Under the pieces are notes generated by a model. That model was not told the origin of the DNA, did no database searches, and saw nothing but the letters and a program-made list of their open reading frames with translations. Source: Octopus sinensis (lineage: Eukaryota). Taken from it: a stretch of DNA of 64,000 nucleotides. The stretch lies in contig NC_043010.1 in assembly GCF_006345805.1 (NCBI RefSeq), positions 53,072,001 through 53,136,000 of the forward strand. Direction: 5' to 3'. Shown piece after piece: positions 1 through 12,230 of the stretch. The position numbers and the translations under genes were made by a program. Every line of letters begins with the position of its first letter. Within the stretch, counting starts at the first letter, position 1.

Positions 1-471
1 TTTAGATATGTTCACGACATGATACAGATAATCTAATAAACCATCCCTTCAGCCATCTTGTCTCTATATAAGACAAATGACCATCCCTTACTGTTTTTAG
101 GTAATTAAGGGAGTTACAAATCAATGCAAGTAACTAAATGAGCTATTGTACTCCAGCGTTTTATGTGATTACAGATAGAGAAAGCGGTACAAATATCCTC
201 CGGGGGCCTCATTAGTTATTCTCTGTAAACTACGAAATGCTGAGATAAACTTAGTGCCTAGTATCTTTTAAAATTTGTATCTTACTATCGTAATAAATTC
301 TTGCATAATAAAATGAAATCAAATGATAACTACAGATTCATAGCAAAATTTAAAAAAGCATTTGGGAGTTGTACACTTTAGTTTCCCATACGAAGAGATA
401 TAACGTTTTCTGAGCTTACCTTTATAAGTCTGAAAGAATTGTTTTCCTTTTTGATTAAATTTAAATTTGAA

Positions 472-539
<68 letters not shown>

Positions 540-627
540 TTCTCGCTCTCACTTTTCCCGTTTCATTCATGTATCTTACATTACTTGTTTCAGAGTCAGG
601 AAATATTCAAAATGAGGATAATAATGG

Positions 628-839
628 TTACAAATTTTGGCACAAGACCAACGATTTCGGAGGAGAGGGCAAGTTGATTGCATCAACTCCAGTGCTCAAT
701 TGGTACTTATTTTATCGACCCCCCAAAAGGATGAAAGATAAAGTTGACCCCAGCAGAATTTGAACTCAGTTTGTAAAGATGACCGAAAAGCCGTTATGCG
801 TTTTGCCCGGCGTGGTAACGATTCTGCCAGTTCGCTGCT
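628..839 (-). mobile_element. tRNA-derived SINE, family A (diverged copy)
   Basis: Reverse complement matches the other family A copies (GCAGCGAACTGGCAGAATCGTTACCACGCCGGGCAAAACGC...GGGGTCGATAAAATAAGTACCA). Confidence 0.85.
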
Positions 840-1209
840 TTAATAGTGAGGGTAATATTGATAAACAGAGTGGTGTATATTGAAAATCTTGGTTTAAAGG
901 GCCGTTTTGTCAGCTCTTTTTTTTTTTTGTAGAGTACGCTTTTGCAATCCGGACAATTGAAACAAAGACAATATGCCAGATGCACGAAAAATGTTAGTGA
1001 TGCGGGAAAAACACTTAAAGCATTTTCCGCCCAACAATTCAGCATAAAATATTTTCTAAGCATGTAATGTAAACAATCACACATAGTCACAATCTTTCCA
1101 AATGCTTGGTTCTCATAATTCATCTTGGAGTATATAAATCGACCTACCTTTCTTGGCTGTAAATTTTAGCCTGAAAACATCGACTTGTACGGCGGGAAAT
1201 AGTGCATAC

Positions 1210-1575
1210 GTGAAAAAAAACATAACTATACAGACTCTGTGGAGTTCACTTTGAAGATGTGTCTTACATCATAAACAGCTGTCTGAAATGTCATCGAGAT
1301 TTTATCGAGCAATGAGGCTTGATGTAACGATTATACATTTCACATTTCAAATCGTAGAAATAATAATTTCAAAAGGTCAGTATATGAGATGTTTCAGTGA
1401 TGTTAAGGACAACCTCATCCATATTGTAAAAGAATACTGGCGGAATGTTCCTGTGAAATGTATGGTGCGCAACAATCTAGAAATATTGATCTGGTATAAA
1501 GAAAAGAAAACGTCGACTCTGATAGAAATCAGTTGCTCAGAAGATGTTGACATGATTTTAAAGACTACGAAAGCG
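1210..1575 (+). pseudogene. R4/Dong-like non-LTR retrotransposon C-terminal remnant (zinc knuckle plus restriction-like endonuclease)
   Basis: Frameshifted translation RLCGVHFEDVSYIINSCLK/MSSRFYRAMRLDV...EYWRNVPVK...ILIWYKEKKTSTLIEISCSEDVD resembles the CCHC knuckle and PD-(D/E)xK region of RLE-type LINEs. Confidence 0.7.
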
Positions 1576-1710
1576 GTTTCCGTATTATGTCCTCATACAT
1601 GTATAGATACATGCATAGATAAATGCATGCTTACACACATGCATGAATACATACATGCTTACATACACACACATGCACACAAACACGTACATACATATAT
1701 ACATACATAA

Positions 1711-1757
<47 letters not shown>

Positions 1758-1922
1758 ATATATATAATATATATATATATTATATATATATATATATAGG
1801 GGTTTGTATGATTGTGTATAGAGGAATTATTGAATATTAAATATTAAGGGACTAGTATACTTTCTTGCATTTAAGCAGTCTTCAAGGACCCAAGTTGTGA
1901 TAGGAATGTTTCATCTATGTTT

Positions 1923-1969
<47 letters not shown>

Positions 1970-1972
<3 letters not shown>

Positions 1973-2622
1973 GGGTGAAATTCAACACATAGAACCACAA
2001 TAATAACGGATAAGATTCGACAGGAAGAAAATTTGGAAATGAAAAACATTTACCATTTAATACCCCGGACCAAAATTGGTTTCTGATCTTCTTTAGCAAG
2101 TTAGGGGAACTCACAAGGTCAGATCTTCATCGGCGAGGGCCAACCTGGGGTTAAAACGTATAAGACAGAAGACAAGGACTGCTATCTGTCAACTGTTTAT
2201 ACGAAGTAACTTTTCAAATTTTTCTGCGCAATCGCAGTCCTATCGTTAGCTACAATAAACCGCCAACTTCAACCGAAAATTATCCAAAAAGTTATAATGT
2301 TTAATCATATCAAAAGGGAAATGGAATTTAATTAAATTGAAAATATTCAATCAAAATTTACATTTCCAGTGGTCTAACGTGTAAAAAATTAGTCAAGAAG
2401 ACTATATATTAGTCATACGATAGTGTATATTTATACACATAAGGAATCCACACTTAGGGTGAAATTCAACACATAGAACCACAAAAATAACGGATAAGAT
2501 TCGACAGGAACAAAATTTGAAAATGAAAAACATTTACCATTTAATATTAGACCACTGGAATTGTAAATTTTGATTGAATATTTTAAATTTAATTAAATTC
2601 CATTTCCCTTTTGATATGATTA
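1970..2622 (-). mobile_element. Hammerhead-bearing non-autonomous element (Penelope pLTR or retrozyme-like)
   Basis: 93-bp direct repeats at 1970-2062 and 2454-2546; 76-bp inverted repeat at 2302-2377 and 2547-2622 (2 mismatches); hammerhead at 2062-2139. Confidence 0.6.
2062..2139 (-). ncRNA. Type I hammerhead ribozyme, U4C core variant
   Basis: Minus strand: CCTCG-CCGATGA-A-GATCT..AGATC-A-GAAA-CCAA-TT-TTGG-TC-CGGGG. Helices I, II and III all pair; GUC cleavage triplet. Confidence 0.7.
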
Positions 2623-2623
2623 T

Positions 2624-2659
<36 letters not shown>

Positions 2660-2660
<1 letters not shown>

Positions 2661-2880
2661 CGTAGAGAGAGAGAGAGGGATGGAGAGAATAGAGAGATAG
2701 AAAGAGAGAGAATAGAGGGAAAGAGAGAATAATGAGAGAGCGAAAAGAGAGGGAGAGGGAGAGAGAGGGAGAGAATAGAGAGATAGAAAGAGAGAGAATA
2801 GAGAGAAAGAGAGAGAATAGAGGGAAAGAGAGAATAATGAGAGAGCGAAAAGAGAATGAGAGAGAGAGAGGGAGAGAGGG
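2660..2880 (+). repeat. Polypurine (GA-rich) compound repeat with an ~80-bp internal duplication
   Basis: GAGAGAATAGAGAGATAGAAAGAGAGAGAATAGAG block occurs twice. Confidence 0.85.
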
Positions 2881-3085
2881 ATAGTGTACGTCAATGCTAA
2901 TTAAACAATTGGAAGACATAATAGGCTCTTAAATAGACCGGATAACAAAAATGTAATGTGTAATATTAACCACAACTTACCTCGGAGGACATCTAGATGT
3001 TTCGGAGACTAATTATTTTGTCATCCACTATTCAGGTGACGATGTTTAATCGCTTAACCACGCAACACACACACACACACACACA

Positions 3086-3374
3086 CTTTTATATATAAAA
3101 GTGAAGTTGTGTGTCTGTCTACTCCGATTTAGATTCCTAACTACTCCCACATTTTGCGGTGCAGTTTAACCAAAAGCAGGTATCTTATAGTCGTGATTCC
3201 TATCGAGCCCTTCTGGGTATTAGCGCGCGTCTACGATAAAAAAAAAACATTACCATCATTTTTCCGCATTATTAATGCATTTTTGCTCGGTTTGTATAAG
3301 GGAAGTAACTCTCTAAAAATGCTTATATAGTTATTTCCCTTACAAACCCGAGCAACGCCGGGCGATACTGCTAG
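3086..3374 (+). mobile_element. Non-autonomous Helitron
   Basis: 5' (T)CTTTTATATATAAAAG; 3' hairpin CCCGAGCAACGCCGGG 8 nt before CTAG, followed by T. Homologous to 28466, 34908 and 62862. Confidence 0.8.
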
Positions 3375-3599
3375 TATATATATATACATTATGCTTACTG
3401 ACATTACGGGTGGTTGATTTATATATCGGTCAAGAACGCATTGCGTCGAGGGAATGAAGCTCTGTTGCGTTATATATCATCGGGAAATAAGAAACTGTCT
3501 TAAAGCGGTAGAAATATATACATTCTCCGTACTGAACGCAAAGAATTATCTGCGTACCATCGATGCATTATCTATTGGCTTTAAGCGCAAACGTATATA

Positions 3600-4165
3600 C
3601 AAACACGCATATCTACATATACACATATATATGCACTGACCCGTGAACACACATGGCCAAGCACACGCGCCCACACACCGTCACACACACTGATACACAC
3701 GTATATATACACACACGCCCGCATGCATACTCATACGCACTAATACAAACAAGCATACACAGAAACAGTAATACCAACTGACTCACACACGTGATACAAC
3801 GTATCTCACGTTCACCCCCATATACACACGTTCGCACACACACACACAAGCATGCACACTCACACTAACGCACACACACACGCACATAAACACGTCCACA
3901 CACACTCATACACATATATACATACACGCACGCACAGCACGCACCCACATTTACGCATACATAAACATACATACACGCACTCGGAAACATCAACGCCCTC
4001 ACACACTTGTCACCTCGCCTCACACACCCACATACACAAGTACAGTCACCCCACCCACACGCACATACACACTCGCACACACACACATACACACAGACAT
4101 ACACACACGTCCCTACACACGACCTCATGGATATAAGATATACATATCTAGGATACACACACACA
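3600..4165. repeat. Degenerate (CA)n/(TACA)n low-complexity tract
   Basis: Visible CA-rich repeats; the ORFs here are HT/VC runs. Confidence 0.9.
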
Positions 4166-4166
4166 T

Positions 4167-4318
4167 AGGTACAGGAGTAGCTGTGTGGTAAGTAGCTTGC
4201 TTACCAGCCACATGATTCCGGGTTCAGTCCCACTTTGTGACACCTTCTACTATAGCCTCGGGCCGACCAAAGACATTGTGAATGGATTTGGTAGACGGAA
4301 ACTGAAAGAAGCCCATCG

Positions 4319-4349
<31 letters not shown>

Positions 4350-4685
4350 AAGACCCCCTTCGGTCATGAATGACCATGGGATTGCACCTAGAAAGTTACC
4401 CTCCTAGACACAAGTCCGGGCAAGGTTGTTTATGGAAGACCAGCAGTCGCCCATGCATACCAGCCTCCCCTCTCTATGCCACCAGTGTTATCCAAGGGAA
4501 AGGCAAAGGGGCCGATACAGCTTGGCACCAGTGACGTCACAACTCATTTCTACAGCTGAGTGAACTGGAGCAACGTGAAATAAAGTGCTTTGCTCAAGAA
4601 CACAACACGCAGCCCGGACCGGGATTCGAGCTCACAACCTCACGATCGTAAGCTCGACGCTCTAACCACTGAGCCATGCGCCTTC

Positions 4686-4777
<92 letters not shown>

Positions 4778-5040
4778 ATATGTGTGGTGCGTGTGAGTAT
4801 GCGGGTATGATGCGAGGTGACACGTGTGTGAATGCGTTGATGTTGCCGGGTGTGTGCATGTATTTATATATATATATGTATAAGCTTGTGTGTTTGTGTT
4901 TCTCCGCCCCCATCATCGCTTGACAACCGATGTTGGTGCTTTTACGTCACCGTAAACTAACAGTTCGGCAAAGGAGACCGACAGAATAAGTACAAGGTTG
5001 ATTTTTTCGACTAAAGACGGTGCTCCAGCATGGCCAAACG
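4167..5040 (+). mobile_element. SINE family B (tRNA head, central microsatellite, 3' module), interrupted by a family C SINE
   Basis: 5' half at 4167-4320 (GGAGTAGCTGTGTGGTAAGTAGCTTGC...GGGTTCAGTCCCAC) and 3' half at ~4885-5040 (CATCGCTTGACAACCGATG...GGTGCTCCAGCATGGCC). Confidence 0.85.
4345..4687 (-). mobile_element. tRNA-derived SINE, family C (full length), nested in the (TA)n of SINE B
   Basis: Minus strand A-box TGGCTCAGTGG, B-box-like GAGCTCGAATCC, core GTGTTGTGTTCTTGAGCAAAGCACTTTA; (TA)n on both sides. Confidence 0.9.
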
Positions 5041-5144
5041 AATATAATAAATGGCATATAATGTATTTTGTTTTTACTTCTTTGATTTCTTGCTGAACAA
5101 CTTGCGTGGTTGGTAACAAGCTTGCTTTCCAACCACCTGGTTCC

Positions 5145-5232
5145 GGGTCCATTTCCACTGCGAGGGTCCATTTCCACTGCGAGGGTCCATTTCCACTGCG
5201 AGGGTCCATTTCCACTGCGAGGGTCCATTTCC
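5145..5232 (+). repeat. 19-bp minisatellite (GGGTCCATTTCCACTGCGA) x4.6 in the SINE B-box region
   Basis: Identical units start at 5145, 5164, 5183 and 5202, with a partial unit at 5221. Confidence 0.95.
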
Positions 5233-5339
5233 TTGAGCAAGTGACATCTAGTTAACCTCGGGCCGACCACAGCCTTGTGTGTGGATTTGGTACACGGAAA
5301 CTGAAAGAAGCCCGTCGTATATATATAGAGAAAGAGAGC

Positions 5340-5377
<38 letters not shown>

Positions 5378-5389
5378 TTGTTCGCCATG

Positions 5390-5590
5390 ATAGATCGGTA
5401 GCCATTAAACCTTTTTCTATTTTCTATTTTCTCTCCCTGTTTATTTTTGTGTTCCTTTCTGTAGAAGAGCGTAGGCTCGAAACGTAAAAAGGCTTTCTCA
5501 CTTCCCGAGCATTAAACTAATACATCTGTTAGTTCTTTACACACCCGTCTTCGTCTTTTGTTTTATTGTAAATTCTCATTATATATATAT
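5390..5590 (+). mobile_element. Penelope-like element 3' end (family D) with minimal hammerhead motif at 5454-5492
   Basis: CCTTT-CTGTAGA-A-GAGC-GTAG-GCTC-GAAAC-GTA-AAAAGG; homologous to 50230-50560. Confidence 0.7.
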
Positions 5591-5591
5591 A

Positions 5592-5622
<31 letters not shown>

Positions 5623-5939
5623 ATCTGTGTTTGTCACCCCACCATCGCTTGACAACCGATGTTGGTGTGTTTATACCCTTGTAACGTAGCGGTAAGCAAA
5701 AGTGAACGATAGAATAAGTACTAGGCTTACAAAGTATAATTCCTGGGATCGATTTGTTCGACTAAATGCGGTGCTACAACATGGCCGCAGTCAACTGGCT
5801 GAAGCAAGTGAAAAAAACAAAATAATAAAAGAATAAATGATGATATGTTTATAGTGATCAAATATCTGCACCGCACGTAACCTCACTGCCTCTATCTGAT
5901 CGACATTACCTCTACAGGTACAAGACGTGCCACACATCA

Positions 5940-6078
5940 GATGTCTATGTGATCGCCGAGCAACTTGGAACGAATCTTTTTTGCTCAAGGACGCCACGCA
6001 GCTTCCAGTTCGGAAACTGAAACCACGACCTGCCGATCGTGAGTGCAATATCTTAAGCAGTAGACCACGAAACCTCGG
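5940..6078 (-). mobile_element. Degraded family C-related SINE head
   Basis: TTGCTCAAGGACGCCACGC...GAAACCACGACCTGCCGATCGTGAGTGC resembles the reverse complement of the family C head. Confidence 0.55.
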
Positions 6079-7639
6079 AAGATAAAGAAACTTCATTAAA
6101 CGACATTTACATTTTATTGTATGTTCTGTAGTTACATCCTTCGCGTTTAACTGTCAAAGCTAAGACCATGCTGAAGTACCGTTTATAAATACACTAATTC
6201 GTGCAGAGAAGTTTACACAAACACAACAGCACACCTTTAGTATTCTTTCTCATTAAGCCTCCCAGCGCATGATGCAATCACTCTATTATTATACTTATGT
6301 AAATAAACTTAATGTTGCTGTGAAGTTTATTTCCGGTTTGAAATTCATGTGTACAAGAGCAGGTGAATAGTAAGTAGACTATCACGATTTCCAGTTTTCT
6401 TAAGCCCTCCTAGGACTCAATATACTCTTAATAGAAGTTTAGTTGCGAATGTTTTATAAACGTTTTGTCATGTACAGAAAATGGCGTCATTCTAACGAAA
6501 CGTGATCGATGTTAATAACTCTTTCGCACCACGAAGTATATGACGTAACTTAGGATATTATGTGTGTGTGTAAACAAGAGTTGTTTTCACAGCAAGACGA
6601 TGCATGTTTACATACTCATAATGGATTGCGTTTGAATAGATGTAATTCAGAGCAGTTCATGAGAACCAATTGTAAAAAGACGGGTAGCATGGTCCCAGGT
6701 TGCTACATATCCAGGCATTAAAAAATGAAACGAAAAAAGAAAAAAAACTTGATAATGATCGGAGACCAAGCCGATTGAAAGTTGCTGCAATACTAAAATA
6801 TCTGATTCTGGATTTTGATTTTTTTTAGTTGTAATATTTATTCCACTTAAACCTGGATGTTCTCTCAGAACAAACTATACTGCGGTAGATGCAACTCTCA
6901 TATTGACATTTGGTGCAAAATTCAACCAGGTTTATATCGGTAGTGGAGAGATAAATCCCCATCATCTCCAGCGCTGAGACCACCAGATCTCGTGATTTCG
7001 ACCTTCCTTGGTATTGTTAATAGTGGACGCTCGTTTAAGTGGGGATAAATGGTACCACTCGGTATTAATACAGCCTCTGTCGCTAACATATCTTTGATTT
7101 TTAAATGCAGCATGACTTTCCGACACTTCAGCTGGGCCCTCTCCATGGTAAAAATGTTCTGTGTTCAGATAGCCCACGAAAAGTCTGACTTAGTAATTTG
7201 TTTTCCCCACCAGTCTTAAAGTATCCCATAAAACGATGGTACCTGAGCATATTCGCTAGATAAGCTAAAAATAGCAGTTGGATCTTCCTAAATTCACATC
7301 CAACCGTTTTATGTAAATAAAAAGAAGATAAAAAACATTAGATAATGTGGTTCGAAACCCCTGCACAGACGATAATGATAAAATGCCTTCATTTATAGAC
7401 CTATTCAATTACAGCAGTCTTCAAGTTAAGAAAACAACAAAATTTGCCTCCTGAAAAATATGCATAATATTTGCAAATAATTCCTCACATTGTCCCTCGG
7501 ATTTTTAACAATTATATATTTAAAAATATGAGACTGGTAAAAATCCAATCTATATTCAGTACAGCCTTTGCACTTATCTTCAAGTATGGTCAGAGTGTTC
7601 GATCACGACCGAAAGAACAAGATCGTAAACACAAGAGGC

Positions 7640-7800
7640 CAATATGTGGTGTCCTCTAATGGATCACCGGAGTAATGTTACTCCACAGGATACGATGCCT
7701 CTGCGATCAGGGCGTCTCTCAAGATCAAGCCACTACTTCGCTCTGAAAGGCCACAGCTCCGGTACTACAGACACATGGTTAGGATGCAACATAAAAAAAA
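7640..7800 (+). pseudogene. RTE-clade LINE reverse transcriptase C-terminal fragment
   Basis: Frameshifted WITGVMLLHRIR / AIRASLKIKPLLRSERPQLRYYRHMVRM resembles the RTE motif ..IERSQLRWFGHVVRM. Confidence 0.55.
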
Positions 7801-8247
7801 AACAGAAATAAATGAAGGGCGATTCCTTCAAACCGATCCTACCGGCATGAGAGTTAGGAATAGGACTCGAGTGAGATAATTGAATAATATACTCAGTCTG
7901 TTAGTCACGCTTGGGAGTCCATCAGAAAAGTTTAATAACCATTGCTTCTCATAGGACCCTATGGAGGAGGTAAGGTACCAAAGGACTCTCCCCCACCCCA
8001 TAACATTCTCAGGAATAGAAGGATGGGAATAAAAATTGATTGATGGATTTTCTTCCGATATAATATATTAGTACGTCTAATATAATCGAAATTTATGTTC
8101 TCTTTTCCCAACAGAATACAATAGAGTCACTATCAGACATGTTAAATGAACAGTATATGTCTAGTTTCCATTAAAAAATTTTAAATATGAACAATTCCAT
8201 ATATCACCTCTTCTCTATCTCTCTCTGTCTCTCTTTCTCTTTATATA

Positions 8248-8670
8248 TACTATTTTACTCTTTTACTTGTTTCAGTCATTTGATTGTGGCCATGCTGGAG
8301 CATCGCCTTTAGTCCAGCAAATCGACTCCGGGACTTATTCTTTCTGAGCCTAGTACTTATTCTATCGGTGTCTTTTGCCGAACCGCTAAGTTACGGGGAC
8401 ATAAACACACCAGCATCGTTTGTCAAGCGATGTTGGGGGGACAAACACAGACACACAAATGTATACACACACACACATATATATATACATATATAAGCAT
8501 ATATATGACGGGATTCTTTCAGTTTCCGTCTAGCAAATCCACTCACAAGTCTTTGGTCGGCCCAAGCCTATAGTAGAAGACACTTGCCCAAGGTGCCACG
8601 CAGATGGACTGAACCCGGAACCATGTGGTTCGTAAGCAAGCTACTTACCACACCACCACTCCTTCGCCTA
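8248..8670 (-). mobile_element. SINE family B, full length
   Basis: Both halves plus central (CA)/(TA) microsatellite and (AGTAAAAG) tail. Confidence 0.9.
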
Positions 8671-8879
8671 TATATATATATGACTATATGTATACACCCA
8701 CCCACACACTTAGATACACAAACATAAACACACACACGCACATATACATACCTGCTTACGACATGTATGCTTTGAACACTGTTGATTCTTTTCTAATTAA
8801 TAATAATCTTCGTTTGATTCTTATGTATGGTGTTATGTTATATAGGTTTTGTATCTTCTTTTTTTAATCAGCTTCGTCT

Positions 8880-9260
8880 GGAGGAAGGTGGTTGTGCCCA
8901 TAGCCGTCGCAGGTCCTCCGAGATCGTTACGTAATCTTCTCTCTATACCTCTGTACATATGTGGTTACACATATATCTCGTCTGTCGTTTCTCAAATTTA
9001 TCGTCGTACAAACAAATATTTGTGTTTGCGTTGTTATTATCTCTTTGGCATTTCCGCTATATTTTTCGGCTAATATCTTGGCATTGATATCTGTTGGTAA
9101 CAATCCAGCTTCGTGAATTAATAAATTTATAACGTCCTGCTGTGACATCCGGTGATATATCTGGCTCGTCCTTCATCAATCTTCGTAACTTTTGATTTCG
9201 TTATCTGAAATAACCTTTTGCCAGACTGCACCTACATAATCCATGCTTGAATTTACGTAT
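8880..9260 (-). pseudogene. I/R1-like LINE RT C-terminal remnant
   Basis: Across frames: MDYVGAVW..., RARYITGCHSRT, LLIHEAGLLPTDINAKILAEKY, similar to I-clade RT ends. Confidence 0.4.
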
Positions 9261-9873
9261 CTAATAGAAAAAGTTTGACTAACCTAGTATGTTTTGTCCA
9301 TTCTCTAACGTATTTTGAATACACAGGAAATATTTAGTTTACTCTCAAGGGGACTTGCTCTAACGTGCTTCATACGTAAAATTCTCTTTGAATTTGAAAC
9401 TTAAGGACAAGGGATTATCAAATACTATATTTTTCTTGAGTTTTCCAAGTTTTCCATTAATGGGGAATAGGTTAAACAAGCATTTAATAGCGTAAACAAA
9501 TGCTGGCAGATACGATACTCAAATATCATAACATTTAACTTAATATGGCAAATAGCATAAACTAGCATGTAACCTAATAAATTCTCACGCTAATTCTCTC
9601 TATCCATCATTTTATTTCCGTCAATTACAATTTATATGTTCCTTTGCATACTATGTGAAGCGAGCAGAAATATGATTCTAAATTGATGGCAAAAAGCTTC
9701 ACAAAATCATTAATAAATGCGGAAAAAGCAATTACACAAAATGCCACCCTACCTAAAGTAGAATCATTGTCTAGACATTTTGTCATTCCCTTTCGGTATC
9801 TAATTTTTTTTTCATAACATAATAAATACTAAATCTATCCTTTATGCGCAGTGCGAGATGCTACACTATCTTC

Positions 9874-10374
9874 TTATTTCTTTATTGCCCACAAGGGGCT
9901 AAACATAGAGGGGACAAACAAGGGAATTAAGTTGATTACATTGACCCCAGTGCGTAACTGGTACTTATTTAACTGACCCCGAAAGAATGAAAGGCAAAGT
10001 CAACCTCGGCGGAATTTGAGCTCAGAACGTAGCGGCAGACGAAATACGTATTTCTTTACTACCCACAAGGCGCTAAACACAGAGAGGACAAACAAGGACA
10101 GACAAACGGATTAAGTCGGTTATATCGACCCCAGTGCGTAACTGGTACTTAATTTATCGACCCCGAAAGGATGAAAGGCAAAATCGACCTCGGCGAAATT
10201 TGAACTCAGAACGTAGCGGCAGGCGAAATACCACTAAGCATTTCGCCGGGCGTAACTAACGTTTCTAATTTCTTTATTACCCACAAGGAGCTAAACATAG
10301 AGGACACAAAGAAGGACAGACAAAGGGATTAAGTCGTTTACATCGACCCCAGTGCGTAACTGGTACTTAATTTA
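9874..10374 (-). mobile_element. Three head-to-tail SINE family A copies
   Basis: CCCACAAGG..CTAAACA..GACCCCAGTGCGTAACTGGTACTTA occurs three times. Confidence 0.9.
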
Positions 10375-10867
10375 AGGACGATAGCACATTTTACCTTTTG
10401 ATATTTTAGTTTCCTTTTCCGTTTTTTCGTTTTCCGTTGTTAACTGTCTGCGTTTTCTATATACTCAGCTTCATTGCCTTTCTTCTAATTATTCAAGTTT
10501 TTAATTCGTTATGATATACGGTTTGCGCCCGAAGAATATGTTTGAGTTCACTCAACATATGAAACTATTAGTTTCGCTTTAATACATATATTGTGTCCTT
10601 TAAATAAAGCACGGAATTTTGTCAGTGAACAGGTCGCGGTTTCAAAGCAACTAAAATATTTTGACAAATTATATTTAAATGTTCAAGTGAATCTAACGGA
10701 TTTTGTGTGTTTCTTAAATGGCTTATAAACACCTTCCATGCTGCAATTGTTTTCGTTCCAGTATACGATCTCAGATCAGGTCACTTGCTATGCAAGTACA
10801 TCTCCGTAATAACTATATCTATCTATATATATGCGTACATACACACACACATATATATGTATGTATG

Positions 10868-10918
<51 letters not shown>

Positions 10919-10926
10919 GTACATAC

Positions 10927-10960
<34 letters not shown>

Positions 10961-10985
10961 CTATATATATATATATATATATATA

Positions 10986-11892
10986 CCGGGGTTTGACAAA
11001 ATATTGGAAACACCTAGCATCATAGTATCATAATTTTAAAATATCTATAAAACCGTCAAATGTTTGTTTATTGTTGTGTTTTTTATTTATTTATTATTAG
11101 TTTTGCTTAATATGTTTTGCTAAAATTGCTGTTTCTTTTCAGATATCATCAGAAAAAATAATTAAAATTTATTTAAATGATAGATCTATCGGACTTTCAA
11201 AGAAGTCAAATTGTTGGTGCTCCTATGGCAGGCGCTAGCGTAACGAAACAGCCGAAATATTTGGTGTATCAAGAGGAACTGTTTCGAATGTAATGACAGC
11301 CTGTCAGAAAGAGGAAAATACATCCTCGTTGAAACAAAACTCCAGAAGAAAACTAAAACTTTAAGATAAGGACCGTTGGACTTTTACACCAATTGTAGAA
11401 AAATGATCACAAAAGTACAGCATTCAAAATTACTGCAGAGCTTAATGACAACCTCGAGAACCCAGTTTTCACAAAACTGTTCGCCGGGAGCTGCACAAGG
11501 CTGGATTTCACGGGAGGGCTGCAATACCACTACTTTCAAAAACAAACGTTGCAAAGTGTTTAGAGTGGAGTACAAACCTACAGAATTGGTCCCTAGAGCA
11601 GTGGAAGAATGCTATTTTCTCGGACGATCCATCCTTTACTTTATTTCCGACCACCGGCTGCATATTTATGGTGCATTTTAGGAAAACAAGTAACGAGTCG
11701 ATATCTTCCACCATCACCACCACAAGAACTGGAGACTGTTTTAGCTGAAAAATGGACAAAAATTCCTTTGGGAACAATTCAAACTTTGTACGAGTCCATA
11801 CCTCGTAGAATTCCAGCGGTAATTACTGCAAAAGGTAGTCTTACCCGATATTAAAATAAATTTTAAGGTGTTTCCATTATTTTGTCCAATCC

Positions 11893-11895
<3 letters not shown>
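10986..11895 (+). mobile_element. Tc1-family DNA transposon, internally deleted
   Basis: 30-bp imperfect TIRs (CCGGGGTTTGACAAAATATTGGAAACACCT vs CAGGGATTGGACAAAATAATGGAAACACCT) with TA on both sides. Confidence 0.9.
11177..11854 (+). pseudogene. Tc1 transposase pseudogene (stops, frameshifts, DDE core largely deleted)
   Basis: MIDLSDFQRSQIVGA..AGASVTKTAEIFGVSRGTVS (HTH); TVRRELHKAGFHGRAA; WKNAIFSDDPSF (first D); LYESIPRRIPAVITAKGSLTRY* (C-terminus). Confidence 0.85.
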
Positions 11896-11934
<39 letters not shown>

Positions 11935-12216
11935 CTGGAGCAACGTGAAATAAAGTGCCTTGTTGTGTTCTTGAGCAAGGCACTTTATTTCACGTTGCTC
12001 CAGTTCACTCAGCTGTAGAAATGAGTTGCGACGCCACAGGTGCCAAGCTGTATCGACCTTTGTCTTTCCCTTGGATAACACTGGTGGCGTGGAGAGGGGA
12101 GGCTGGTATGCATGGGCGACTGCTGGTCTTCCATAAACAACCTTGCCCGGACTTGTGTCTAGGAGGGTAACTTTCTAGGTGCAATCCCATGGTCATTCAT
12201 GACCGAAGGGGGTCAC
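11935..12216 (+). mobile_element. 5'-truncated SINE family C with a 5' fold-back hairpin
   Basis: Body matches 4345-4687 in opposite orientation; perfect 28-bp inverted arms at 11935-11962 and 11976-12003. Confidence 0.85.
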
Positions 12217-12230
12217 AATATATATATATG

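Larger units (their letters stand above)
5095..5830 (+). mobile_element. SINE family B copy split by a Penelope-type 3' end
   Basis: 5' half at 5095-5320 and 3' half at 5625-5830 match family B. Confidence 0.8.

Noticed and set aside
4620-4687. SINE heads (also 23172) as tRNA genes
   Set aside because: A/B boxes run straight into SINE bodies and no complete cloverleaf forms.
5145-5232. 19-bp repeats as a CRISPR-like array
   Set aside because: No spacers; a slippage expansion inside a SINE in a eukaryote.
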